Assembly: GCA_964558875.1 (NCBI GenBank)
Contig: CAZLGM010000001.1
Location: 5,447 to 69,446 of the forward strand
Source of the DNA: an uncultured Desulfocapsaceae bacterium
Lineage (GTDB): Bacteria; Desulfobacterota; Desulfobulbia; Desulfobulbales; Desulfocapsaceae
Length of the DNA: 64,000 nt
Reading direction: 5' to 3'
Under the pieces are notes generated by a model. The model worked only from the letters and a program-made list of their open reading frames with translations, was not told the DNA's origin and did not search any database. Below, piece after piece: positions 27,445-38,100 of the stretch. How positions within the stretch are numbered: the first letter of the stretch is position 1; each line of letters starts with the position of its first letter. The position numbers and the translations under genes were made by a program.

Positions 27445-30400
27445 TTAGCCGACGATATTGCCGAGCCCGTCTCCGCTGGTGGCACTGTCGGCGACACCAT
27501 GCCCATTGAGGGTACTGATCAGCGAATGATCGGCGCTGATCTGGCGTAAAGGATCGGCGCTGGAGGCGTCATAGAGATCTTCACTGGTTTCATCAATGGA
27601 AATGTTTGCCCCGATGATGGTGGAGCTGATCCGGCTGGTGCCGTTGTCCGCCAGGACACTGGAATGAATCCCGCCGCCGTGCTGCTTTGATGTATTGTTG
27701 GTGATGGTTGTATTGGTAATCGAGCTGGTCGCTCCGCTGCTGTTGACAGTGACACCCACGCCACCACCGTGTGCGGCGGTTGTTTCATTGCCTGAGATGG
27801 TAGAATTAGTGATTGATATCGTTGCCGTTTCATTGACGTTTACGGAGATACCGCCGCCGGAGCCTTTCGATTCATTTGCCGAAAGTGTTGAGCCGGCAAC
27901 AGAAAAGCTACTGGTATCATAGGCCCTGGAGAATACGCCTCCACCGGCACCATCAGCGATGTTATCCGAAACGGTGGAGCTTAAAAGAGTGGTAACATCA
28001 TCACCATGGGTCCGCACATAGACACCGCCGCCTTTTCCGTTGGCAGCCTCGTTATCGGATATGGTTGAGTTGTCTATCGTGCTACTCCCTCTCCACGAGT
28101 AGAGAAAGAGGCCGCCGCCGTCACCACCGGCTGAATTATCAGAGATGGTTGAGTTGGAGATTGTTAGTTTCCCATCCACCTGCCGGATATAGACACCACC
28201 GCCGTCAAGTGTCTGTGCCTCATTATCGGTGACGGTTATATTTGAAACGGTCGCTTCGGCTGAACTGCCGAGAATCTTAATCCCGAGTCCGCCGCCGTTA
28301 TTGCCGGCTCTGTTTCGGTAGACGCTGGAGTTGTCGATGGTGATGGTGCCGGAATGATCGGATCGGACATAGCCGCCGCCGAAATTCCAGTTTGCCTCAT
28401 TACGGCTGATGGTGGTATCGGAGATGGTGATTGTTCCCAGATCGCTTCTTATATAGAGCCCTCCCACTGAGCCGGCTTCATTCAAATCAAAGGTTGAGTT
28501 GGAGATGGTGGTGGTGCCGCTTCCATTTGTGATATGGGCCCCGCCGCCGACAGCTCCTCCGCTTAGTGTATTACCCACAAAATCAGTATCGCTGATAGTG
28601 GTTGCACCGTCAGGGGTCTGAACATAGAGCCCGCCTCCATGACTGGATGAGGTGTTGTAGGAGATGGTGGAGTTGCTGATGGTAACATCGACAGAGTTGC
28701 TGTTTTTAATGAGAATCCCGCCGCCATACAGGGAGTAATGAAAGCTGAAACCGGAATTGATGTTTTTTGTGATGGTGGAATTGGTAATGGTCAGGTTTTC
28801 ACGGCTGTAGATAGCCCCGCCACCGAAATAGCCGTTGCCGGATCCGCCGCCACCATAATAATAATAAGCATTGCCGTTCTGCAGAGTCAGACCGGAGAGG
28901 GTGACATTCTGATTAACACTGTCATCACCGCCGGCCGATGTGTCGTCGATATTGAATATCCGGCTGCCGGTCCCGGCTGTGCCGGTATAACCGCCGTCTA
29001 TGGTGATCCTGCCATCACCGTTGATGGTCAGATCATGGGCTATTTCAAATTGACCTCCCCAGGGAGCCGTGGTTGCATCGTATTGGGTCATGTTTATGGT
29101 GCTGCCGGAAACAAGACTGGAGGCAAAATTGATGGTGTCGGCGATATATGGTGATTTGGCCAGCTCAATGGCTTCCCTGAGTGAGAGATCACCAGTACTG
29201 TAGTCGGTGTCGAATTCATCAACCAGATAATCGACTTCCAGACTCAACACTGGATTCTGATCTTCATAGGCACCAATATCAACACCAGCACCGTCATCAC
29301 GGTTAAACCCTGCGCCCCGCTGATCAAATTGACCGGCAGGCGCTGCATGGAAGCCGTTATTTAATGCCGGACTGCCGGCCAGCAGCGCGTGGGTCCAGGT
29401 GGGACCGCCATTGTCGGCCAGGTCATCCAGCAGCGGATCAACATCGATAATGTTGCCCGTACCGGTATCGATGGTGAAGCCACTGTTTGTTTCAATCAAC
29501 GAGTAATCGACATTGAGTGTTCCGCCTGTTTTAAAAATATCATCGTCATTTCCTCCTCCGCTGTTATTGCCGACAATGGTGGAGCTGATTGTTGTGGTTG
29601 TCCCACTATCAGCACGTATAAAAACGCCGCCACCGTCATCATAAGTAGCCTTGTTGCCGGAGATGGTCGAATTGTTGACGCTGGTAGTGCTATACCGAGT
29701 ATAAACGCCGCCACCTCGATCCCGGGCTGTGTTTCCGGAGATGGTGGAATTGTTGATGGTGGTGTCCCCATAAGAAGCACTAACGCCGCCGCCTCTATTC
29801 CAAGTCGTGTTTCCGGAGATCGTCGAATTGTTAATGGTGGTTGTGCTGTTCCAAGCACCTAGGCCGCCACCCAGCCCAGCCGTGTTTCCGGAGATGGTGG
29901 AATTGTTGATGATGGTGGTGCCCCTGCCGGCATAAACGCCGCCGCCGCTCCAAGCCGTGTTGCCGGAAATGGTGGAATTGTTGATGGTGGTGGTGCCCCA
30001 ACCGGCATAAATGCCGCCGCCGTTCCAAATAGTAGCCGTGCTGCCTGAGATAGTCGTATTATTGATGGTCAGGTTCTCACGACTGAAAATTGCGCCTCCG
30101 GTATGTTCTACTGAACTATCACTGTTGCCTTTCTGCAGGGTCAGGTCGTTGAGAGTTATATCGAGATTGGTGGTATCATCACTATCGTTGATATTGAATA
30201 TTCTGGTGCCGCTACCGAAATTACCTGTAACATAGCCGCCATCAATGATGATCCTCCCTTCGCCGTTGATGGTCAGCGAATCTGTAATCAGCAACTCTGT
30301 ACCGGCCAGGCTGATCGTTGAGATGGTGTCTGCAAAGGTGATGACATCGGCTCCGGGATTCGCGTTAGCCAGCTTAATGGCTTCCCGTAATGTAAGGTTC

Positions 30401-31392
30401 CCCGCACTGTAATTACCATCATCCGTATCACCCGGGTTATCAACCTTATAATCGGCCAACAGTGAAATGGTCCGGGTGCTGCTGAAATCGAGTCTGGACG
30501 CAACAGTGCCGTTGCCATATTCCAGCTCCCAGTCGCCGCCGGTTTCGGTTGAGCCGGTATCATCAGTCGATGCGGCCACATCGGCTTGGGTGAGTTTGGC
30601 TAAGCGGTTGACAAAGGCTTTGCCGGAATCACTCTCGGCTATCTTGCAGCCGTAGAGATTTATATCACCATCTTCAGATAGAGCACTTGTCCAGCCCTGG
30701 ATCAGTTCCTCGTTCTTTTCAAGAGAGGCGGAATCCACCACATCGGAACCCAGAACAAAATGACCGTCACCGCCATGGGAGAAAACATGAACAGCGCCAA
30801 TATCTTCCCGTCCTTCCAGGGTTTCACTGATCAGATCAAGGCCGGAGTCGGTGGATTGAACCACAATCACTTCAATCTCTTCCTCTTCCAACGTCTCGAT
30901 GATCGCTTCCTTATCAGAAAGTGAGCCTGAAACAAAGGCGATCTCGTTTCTCTCTTCCTCTTCCCTGTCGCCACCACTCAACTGTTCATCATCGGATGAC
31001 GAATCTGACTCGGATGATTCGGTTTCTGCTGCAGAGTCCTGTTCGTCAGCCTGATCGGTTGATTCGTCAGAGCTGCTTTGCTCACTGTTTTCGTTTGATT
31101 CGGTGGTGTTGTCCGATGAATTATTGCTGTCTTGTGCGGCCTGATCAGATCCAGAGGAATTGTCAGAAGATGAAGGGGTCCTGTTCCCTTCTTGGGGTGT
31201 GTTTTCCGGTTCGGAGGCGGGATCGGGTTCGGAGCTGGAGTTTTGCTTGTCTGTTTCTTTCTGCTGTTCAGCTATCGGTTCAGACTCAACAGGTGTTTTG
31301 TCACCATCAGTGGTGGTATCTCCTGTGGTATCGCTTTCGCCGGGACCGGCGGCGTCAAACAGGATTCGGTCTTCCAGTGCGTATATAGCCAT
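27445..31392 (-). CDS. giant protein B, N-terminal portion (leader, acidic low-complexity tract, DUF4347-like domain, 2 beta-helix modules), ending at an in-frame TAA
   Basis: It starts MAIYALEDRILFDAAGPG with GGAGG 7 nt upstream. A Ser/Asp/Glu-rich tract of about 150 aa follows. The DUF4347-like block reads VHVFSHGGDGHFVLG...INLYGCKIAESDSGKAFVNRLAKLTQADVAAS...GGDWELEY. It ends ...GDGLGNIVG-TAA in the middle of the module tail motif. Confidence 0.9.
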   Translation of the reverse strand: MAIYALEDRILFDAAGPGESDTTGDTTTDGDKTPVESEPIAEQQKETDKQNSSSEPDPASEPENTPQEGNRTPSSSDNSSGSDQAAQDSNNSSDNTTESNENSEQSSSDESTDQADEQDSAAETESSESDSSSDDEQLSGGDREEEERNEIAFVSGSLSDKEAIIETLEEEEIEVIVVQSTDSGLDLISETLEGREDIGAVHVFSHGGDGHFVLGSDVVDSASLEKNEELIQGWTSALSEDGDINLYGCKIAESDSGKAFVNRLAKLTQADVAASTDDTGSTETGGDWELEYGNGTVASRLDFSSTRTISLLADYKVDNPGDTDDGNYSAGNLTLREAIKLANANPGADVITFADTISTISLAGTELLITDSLTINGEGRIIIDGGYVTGNFGSGTRIFNINDSDDTTNLDITLNDLTLQKGNSDSSVEHTGGAIFSRENLTINNTTISGSTATIWNGGGIYAGWGTTTINNSTISGNTAWSGGGVYAGRGTTIINNSTISGNTAGLGGGLGAWNSTTTINNSTISGNTTWNRGGGVSASYGDTTINNSTISGNTARDRGGGVYTRYSTTSVNNSTISGNKATYDDGGGVFIRADSGTTTTISSTIVGNNSGGGNDDDIFKTGGTLNVDYSLIETNSGFTIDTGTGNIIDVDPLLDDLADNGGPTWTHALLAGSPALNNGFHAAPAGQFDQRGAGFNRDDGAGVDIGAYEDQNPVLSLEVDYLVDEFDTDYSTGDLSLREAIELAKSPYIADTINFASSLVSGSTINMTQYDATTAPWGGQFEIAHDLTINGDGRITIDGGYTGTAGTGSRIFNIDDTSAGGDDSVNQNVTLSGLTLQNGNAYYYYGGGGSGNGYFGGGAIYSRENLTITNSTITKNINSGFSFHYSLYGGGILIKNSNSVDVTISNSTISYNTSSSHGGGLYVQTPDGATTISDTDFVGNTLSGGAVGGGAHITNGSGTTTISNSTFDLNEAGSVGGLYIRSDLGTITISDTTISRNEANWNFGGGYVRSDHSGTITIDNSSVYRNRAGNNGGGLGIKILGSSAEATVSNITVTDNEAQTLDGGGVYIRQVDGKLTISNSTISDNSAGGDGGGLFLYSWRGSSTIDNSTISDNEAANGKGGGVYVRTHGDDVTTLLSSTVSDNIADGAGGGVFSRAYDTSSFSVAGSTLSANESKGSGGGISVNVNETATISITNSTISGNETTAAHGGGVGVTVNSSGATSSITNTTITNNTSKQHGGGIHSSVLADNGTSRISSTIIGANISIDETSEDLYDASSADPLRQISADHSLISTLNGHGVADSATSGDGLGNIVG

Positions 31393-31524
31393 TACAAACC
31401 TCCAGCGAGTTAACTCCTGATTTGATCGGCTAACTGCTCCTATATGTTGGTACCTACAGTGATTACAGCCCCTTAAATAAAACTACCGGAAGTGATGCTG
31501 CATGTCAAACGCGTTGTTTCGGTT

Positions 31525-34500
31525 TCAACCCAATATCCCACCCAACAGCTTATCAACCTCAGACTCAAAAGCGGGATGCTTCTTCAACCGTTGGTTGATG
31601 CCCTGGTACCAGTCCAGATCAGCCCGGCCATCGATACTGATCAGGGTTTCACCGGTATCAGATGTATGCTGAACATTCGATCCATCGCCGAGCAAGAGTC
31701 CCATTTCCAGTAAAATGGGCTCAAAGAGCGGATCATGTTCGAAGATGGGGATCAGCTCCTCTAGCCAGAAGAGTCGGGTTTCACCGTAGCGTACTTCAAG
31801 GTCAGCCAGGAAATCCATAAGCACATTGGCGCTGCCGGCGTAATATGCCTCCAGTTCGATAAAGAACGACGGCCATGAGCTATACTCTTTTCCGATAAAG
31901 TCGATAAATTGTTCGCCGTCACTGTAAACGAAGGCGAGCCGCAAAAGTTCGGTCGGAGGGAGTTCCTCCCCGTCTGCGGGAACCGGATCAACCGCAGGAG
32001 CAGGGGGGGTGGGGTCATAACCATTGCCGGTCGGATCCTCAAAGGCACCCATATCGATACCGGAACCGTCATCTCTTGCCTCACCCCGCTGATCGGTAGT
32101 TAAACCGTCGGGATTGGAACCGGAGTTGAGCGCCGGGCTGCCGACATACAACAAGTGCGTTTGGGTGGGACCACCGTTGTTAGCCAGGGGACCGAGCCTG
32201 GGATCAAGGCCGACGATGTTGCCAAGACCGTCGCCGCTGGCAGAACTGTCGGGGATTGCATGACCGGTGTCATCAGACTCGATCAGAGAATGATCAACAT
32301 TCAGGGTACCGCCGGCTTCGTGAAAAAGATCGTTTCCTTCGATGGCGGCTGTATTGTCGCCTATGATGGTGGAGACGATATCCGTCGTTCCATATTTGCT
32401 TAGAAAGACGCCACCGCCATTGCCATAGATACCGGTTGTATTATTGGCTATGGTTGAATTCTTGATAGTGGTTGTTCCGTAAGAGACCTCAATGCCGCCG
32501 CCGCCACCATAGGTGAGCCAGTTACCGGAAATAGTGGAGTTTTGAATGGTGAGGGTTCCTCTGGTGGTAATGCCTCCACCACCCTCTTCAGCACTATTAC
32601 CGGAGATAGTGGAATCCGTTATTGTCGCTGTCCCGGAATAAGAATTACTGATACCGCCGCCGTTTTCTTCTATTGACTGGTTGCCGGAGATGGTGGAACC
32701 GTCCACTGTGAGCGTTCCATAACTATTATTAATACCACCACCGTTATATCTGGCAGAGTTATCCGAAATCGTCGAGTTGTTGATGGTGGTCATGCCACTG
32801 GTATTAATACCACCACCAGATTCGTTGGCATCGTTTTCCGAGATGGTTGACTCGCTGATGGTCAGTGTTCCACTGTTGTGGATACCGCCGCCGGCGTTGT
32901 ACTCAGCGGAATTATTACTGATGGTCGACTGGCTGATGATAGCTGTCCCGGAATAAGAATTACTGATGCCGCCGCCGTAATACTTGGCTTTATTTCCCGA
33001 GACGGTTGAGTTGGTGACGGTAACTGTTCCGGAGTTGAAAATACCGCCGCCGTCACCATAGGCGTAACTGGCCGAGACGGTAGAACCGGAGATGGTCAGG
33101 TTTTCCCTGTTGATTACGGCGCCCCCGTTTGCCCATGAAGCATAGCCGTTCTGCATGGTCAATCCGGCCAGGGTGACGGCTCTTTGAACATCCGGATCTC
33201 CGTCATCGACATTGAATATCCGGTTATTGTCACCGCCATCAATGGTGATCCGGTTATCGCCGTTAATGATAATACCACGATTTATGGTGAACTCACCGTT
33301 GGCAGGATCAATGTTAATTGTGCCGGTGTCGCCGATAAAGTTTTTGGGCCCGGGAAGACCGGGGACAGCATCCGGAAGATCATTTAGATCATCGGCAAAG
33401 ACGATTTTGTCGCCATACTCGGCAAAACCAATGGCTTCGCGCAGGGAAAGATCACCGACACCGTAATCGGTATCATTCTCATCCACCAGGTTGTCTACAA
33501 CATAGGCGGTCCCTTCAAAGGCGCCCATATCGGCCTGTCCATCCCTGACTCTGTCGTAGTTCGGCCCCCGCTGATCAAATGGAAGCCCGTCAGGATTGGA
33601 GCCTTTGTCGATGGCCGGACTGCTGGAGAGCAGAGCGTGGGTCTGGGTGGGGCCGCCGTTATCGGCCAGTTCATCAAGCTTGGCCTCTTGGTCTAAGATA
33701 TTATCATTGTCTATAGGTCCCCCGGGTGGAGTCGTGTTGTCAACCTGGTGTCCGGCCGACGTTTGGATCAATGAAAACTCGGCATTGATGTTGCCAGCCA
33801 CATCCCAGAGGTCATCAAAATTTACAGCAGAGCTGTTCTGACCGATAATCGTGGAACGGAGTGTGGTTGTTCCTGCTAATGAGTAAGTAACTGCTCCTCC
33901 ACCCTGGCCTGTTGCCGAGTTATCAGCAATGGTTGAATTTGCTATGGTGGTTGTCGCGCTTCCACCAAATGTCATGGCTACCAGACCACCGCCATGGGCA
34001 AAATAAGCGGGGTGGGTGTTATCTGAGATGGTGGAGTTATTTGAGATAGTGGAGTTGGAAATAGTAACTGTACCGTTCCAGTTATAACTATAGAGACCAC
34101 CGCCAAAAGCAGAATCACCGCTGGTGGAGTTGCCTGAGATGGTGGAGTTCTCAATACTGATTGTGCCGTAACCGGTATAGATTATCGCACCGCCGCCGTG
34201 GGCGTCATCTCCGGCAGTGGAGTTGCCTGAGATAGTTGAGGTTTGAATACCAACTTGACCGCGATTGCTAAAGATCATCCCACCACCACCGTGACTGTCT
34301 TCTCCACCGGTGGAGTTATTCGAGATGGTGGAGTCTTCGATGGTGGTAGTACCTGATGAACTGTAAGCCCAGACACCGCCGCCGCTGGCGTCATCTCCGG
34401 CAGTGGAGTTGTTTGAAATTGTGGAGTTACTGATTGTTGTTGTGCCGGAGTCGGTAGAGATGTACAGACCGCCGCCGTCAGCGTTCTTTCCGCCAGTTGA

Positions 34501-35049
34501 ATTATCCGAGATCATGGAGTTTTCAATGCTCAGAGTACCTCTCTCAGTCATCATCCAGACACCGCCACCCTCTGCACTATCTCCAGCAGTGGAGTTATCC
34601 GAGATGGTGGAGTCTTCAATGGTGGTGGTACCTGACGAGTGATAGATCCAGATACCGCCGCCTCGGGCATCTTCTCCTTCTGTGGTGTTGCCCGAGACAG
34701 TGGAGTTCTCAATGGTGAAAGTGCCGGAATAGAGAGAACTGTTTAAGCCGCCGCCGTCTGCTGCCACCCCGCCGGTGGAGTTATTGGAGATAGTTGAGTC
34801 ACTGACTGTGGTTGTTCCGGAGCCGACAAAGGTATAGACCCCGCCGCCGTGAGCTTCATATCCCTCTGTTGAATTGCCTGAAACGGTAGAGTTCAGCAGA
34901 ACGATTGTGCCGGAATCTGTTGAACCATACAGTCCGCCGCCATAACCATAATCTGCCGTTGTCCGGTTAGCTGAAATGGTGGAGTTCTCAATCCTGAGGG
35001 TACCGTCGAGATTTCTGGAATAGAGACCGCCGCCTCGGTCGGTAGCCAT
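31525..35049 (-). CDS. giant protein A, portion downstream of the in-frame TAG (rest of module 5, one more module, unique C-terminal domain)
   Basis: A 1,174-aa ORF. It has beta-helix repeats (NSTISNNSTAGDDA.GGG), one LSLREAI module, and a C-terminal domain homologous to that of protein B. The frame is continuous with ORF 35131-43320 across the TAG. Confidence 0.9.
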   Translation of the reverse strand: MATDRGGGLYSRNLDGTLRIENSTISANRTTADYGYGGGLYGSTDSGTIVLLNSTVSGNSTEGYEAHGGGVYTFVGSGTTTVSDSTISNNSTGGVAADGGGLNSSLYSGTFTIENSTVSGNTTEGEDARGGGIWIYHSSGTTTIEDSTISDNSTAGDSAEGGGVWMMTERGTLSIENSMISDNSTGGKNADGGGLYISTDSGTTTISNSTISNNSTAGDDASGGGVWAYSSSGTTTIEDSTISNNSTGGEDSHGGGGMIFSNRGQVGIQTSTISGNSTAGDDAHGGGAIIYTGYGTISIENSTISGNSTSGDSAFGGGLYSYNWNGTVTISNSTISNNSTISDNTHPAYFAHGGGLVAMTFGGSATTTIANSTIADNSATGQGGGAVTYSLAGTTTLRSTIIGQNSSAVNFDDLWDVAGNINAEFSLIQTSAGHQVDNTTPPGGPIDNDNILDQEAKLDELADNGGPTQTHALLSSSPAIDKGSNPDGLPFDQRGPNYDRVRDGQADMGAFEGTAYVVDNLVDENDTDYGVGDLSLREAIGFAEYGDKIVFADDLNDLPDAVPGLPGPKNFIGDTGTINIDPANGEFTINRGIIINGDNRITIDGGDNNRIFNVDDGDPDVQRAVTLAGLTMQNGYASWANGGAVINRENLTISGSTVSASYAYGDGGGIFNSGTVTVTNSTVSGNKAKYYGGGISNSYSGTAIISQSTISNNSAEYNAGGGIHNSGTLTISESTISENDANESGGGINTSGMTTINNSTISDNSARYNGGGINNSYGTLTVDGSTISGNQSIEENGGGISNSYSGTATITDSTISGNSAEEGGGGITTRGTLTIQNSTISGNWLTYGGGGGIEVSYGTTTIKNSTIANNTTGIYGNGGGVFLSKYGTTDIVSTIIGDNTAAIEGNDLFHEAGGTLNVDHSLIESDDTGHAIPDSSASGDGLGNIVGLDPRLGPLANNGGPTQTHLLYVGSPALNSGSNPDGLTTDQRGEARDDGSGIDMGAFEDPTGNGYDPTPPAPAVDPVPADGEELPPTELLRLAFVYSDGEQFIDFIGKEYSSWPSFFIELEAYYAGSANVLMDFLADLEVRYGETRLFWLEELIPIFEHDPLFEPILLEMGLLLGDGSNVQHTSDTGETLISIDGRADLDWYQGINQRLKKHPAFESEVDKLLGGILG

Positions 35050-35130
35050 ACTGGTGGTGATTGTACTGTCGATCAGGTGCAGGTTCTCGCGGCTTAAAAC
35101 AGCGCCGCCGTCGCCTGCAGCATTGCCATT

Positions 35131-38100
35131 CTACATCCTCAAGCCGCTTAACCGCACATCCGAATTAAAACTGTTGTCACTGTCATCGATATTGAAAATC
35201 CGGCTGCCGCTGCCAGGGTCGACACCGTCATAGCCGCCGTCAATGGTTATTCGTCCCTCGCCTTCAATGATCAGATGTCCTGTAATGGCCAATTCACCCA
35301 GGGTCAAATTGATGGTGCCGGTATCGCCGATAAAGTTCTTGCCGCCGGGAGCCCCATCAGGCGCATCGTTGAGATCATCGGCAAACATGATTTTATCACC
35401 GGCCATGGCCTGGCCGATGGCTTCACGCAGGGAGAAATCACCATGACCGTGATCGCCTTCATTGGCGGCTTCATCCACCAGGTTATCAACAATCCAGGCA
35501 GTCCCCTCAAAGGCGCCCATGTCGGTCTGCACCCCCTGGGTTCGCTGATAGTTCGGTCCCCGTTGGTCAAAGCCAAGCCCGCTGGGATTTGAGCCGCTGT
35601 TGCTGGCCGGGCTGCCTGCAAGCAGAGCATGGGTCAAGGTAGGTCCGCCGTTATCGGCCAGTACGTCGAGCAAGGGATCCTGACCGATGATGTTATTGCG
35701 GTCAAAATCACCGCTGCCTGTGGACGGATCGTTATCCACCTGATGACCATCCGCTGTCTGGATTAACGAGTATTCGACGCTTAAGGGATTGCCGGCCCCC
35801 AAGTCGGCAAGATCATTGCCCGTTCCGGTTGCAGAGTTGTTGCCGATAATGGTGGATTTGATCGAGGTTGCGGAACCTTCCCCATCAAGAGCAGCGCCGC
35901 CGCCGTCACTGTCGGCTCCTGTGGTAGAGTTGTGGGCAATGGTGGAGTTTTCGATACTGGTTATGCCGTCATCATATGTACGGGCATACAGACCACCGCC
36001 ATGGGCAGAGTCTCCGGCTGTGGAGTTGCCGGAGATTGTGGCGTTGGATACTTTGGCAACTCCTCCATAATTGTTCATCCATATACCACCACCACTGGCC
36101 TTGTCTCCACCAGTAGAATTACCCGAAACGGTAGCGTTTTCAACAGTGAGAGTGCCGCTACCCACAACCGCCGTCAGACCGCCGCCAAAACTATAATTGC
36201 CAGTGGTCGTGTTATCCGCGATAGTTGTGTTTGAAATGGTGGCAATACCATCAGCAGATATAACAAGAGCGCCACCCCCGGCAGCATAGCTTCCGGCGGT
36301 GGAGTTGTTTGAAATTGTCGAATTGTTGATACTGACTATGTTGTCATCAGTAAAAGCTATCAGGCCGCCACCGTGAGCATAATCCCCTGTTGTGGAATTA
36401 TCCGATATGGTCGAGTTGTCGATTGTAACTGTGCCAACGTCGGAATACACCATCAGGCCGCCGCCGAAACTGTAGACATCCGCCGTGGAATTACCGGTGA
36501 TGGTGGCGTTTGAGACTGTTGTCCTGCCGTAGTAGCTCTCGATGTAGAGACCGCCGCCATGAGCATAAAGACCGCCCGTGGAGTTGTCTGAGACGGTGAG
36601 GTCTGAAATCGAAATGGTGCCGTGATATGATGCAACAAAGACACCGCCACCGTAACCATAATCACCAGCAGTTGAGTTGTTTGAGATGGTGGAATTTTTA
36701 ATGGTGATGGTGCCGTATTCCGTCCCCAGGGACAGACCGCCGCCGGTGGCTTCATAACCAGCAGTTGAGTTATTGCTGATGGTGGAGTTTTCGATGGTGA
36801 TGTTGCCATAGATGGTGTAGGCGCTTACACCGCCGCCGTAAGCCTGGTCTCCGGTGGTTCTGTTGCCTGTGATGGTACAGTCAGAGATAGTCAGACTCTC
36901 CTTGCTGTAGATTGCCCCGCCGGGTCCGGCAGCAACACCATTCTGTAGTGTCATGCCGGCCAGATGGACGTCGATATCCGGGGTACCGGGTGCGGAGTTG
37001 CCGTCGTCAATCAGGAAGATCCGGCTGCTCCAGCGAGCGTCGATACCGATTCGGCCATCACCGTCAATGATGAGATTCTTATCAATCTCAAATTGGCCCA
37101 GAGCGTTATCCATATTGATGGTGCCGGTGTTGCCAATCCAGTTTTTACCGCCGGGCGCACCATCATCCGCATTATTGAGATTGCCTGCAAAGATGATCTT
37201 ATCACCATAGTCAGCATTAAAGATGGCCTCGCGCAGGGTGTAGTCACCGACGCCATAATCACCATCCAGTTCATCCACCAGAGAGTCGACCACATGGGTA
37301 CGAAAATATTCAATGGCGCCGATATCGGCCTGGCCGTCCTTCTCCCGCTGATAGTTGGGTCCGCGCTGATCGTACTGGAGCGTATTTGGGTTGGCGCCGG
37401 CGTTGTAGGCAAGGCTGCCGGCCAAAAGGGCGTGGGTCAAGGTGGGACCGCCATTATCGGCCAGCGAATCAAGCATGAAGTCTTCATCGATAATATTGTT
37501 CTGGTCCGTACCGCCGGTACCAGTTCCCTGGTTATTATCGACCAGGTGACCATCCATTGTTTTAATCAGTGAATATTCGACGTTAAAAACACCGCCTGCT
37601 TCCAGGAGATCATTGCCCAAAATACCTGCCCGGTTGTTAGCAATGATGGTTGAAATCATGTCGGTTGTGCCGCCGGATGTGGTGACAAACAGACCGCCGC
37701 CATAATAGCCGCCAACGTTTTCGGCAATGGTTGAGTTGGCAATTTCAGCACTACCCGAACTGGTGTTCAGATAGACGCCGCCGCCGAAATAGTCTGCTCT
37801 ATTGCCCGAGATGGTTGAGTTGCTGATAGCAGTTGTTCCGCTAAGAATATGGGTGCCTGGAGGTGGGCCGCCAGGAGGTGTGGGGCTGGCAGCAGTTATC
37901 GCAAAAACACCGCCGCCTTGTGCGAAGGCTGTGTTCTCCGAGAGAGTGGATTGATAGATTGTTGTCGTGCCTGCGAGGGCCCTTGAAAAAATCCCGCCTC
38001 CGGAATAACCAGCATGATTTCCGGAGATCGTTGTGCGGTTGATATCAACTATACTGCCCTGGTTCAATAAACCAGGTTCAGAGGCCTCGTTATAGACAAA

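Noticed and set aside
27445-35133. Genetic-code reassignment (TAG/TAA read as Gln, or TAG as pyrrolysine) as the explanation for the two in-frame stops
   Set aside because: Other genes in the window plainly terminate at TAG (45721-45723, the TIGR03032 gene) and at TAA (13942-13944 and 1679-1681). No pyl genes are visible. A global recoding is therefore unlikely. Local readthrough, suppression, mutation or sequencing error remain open.
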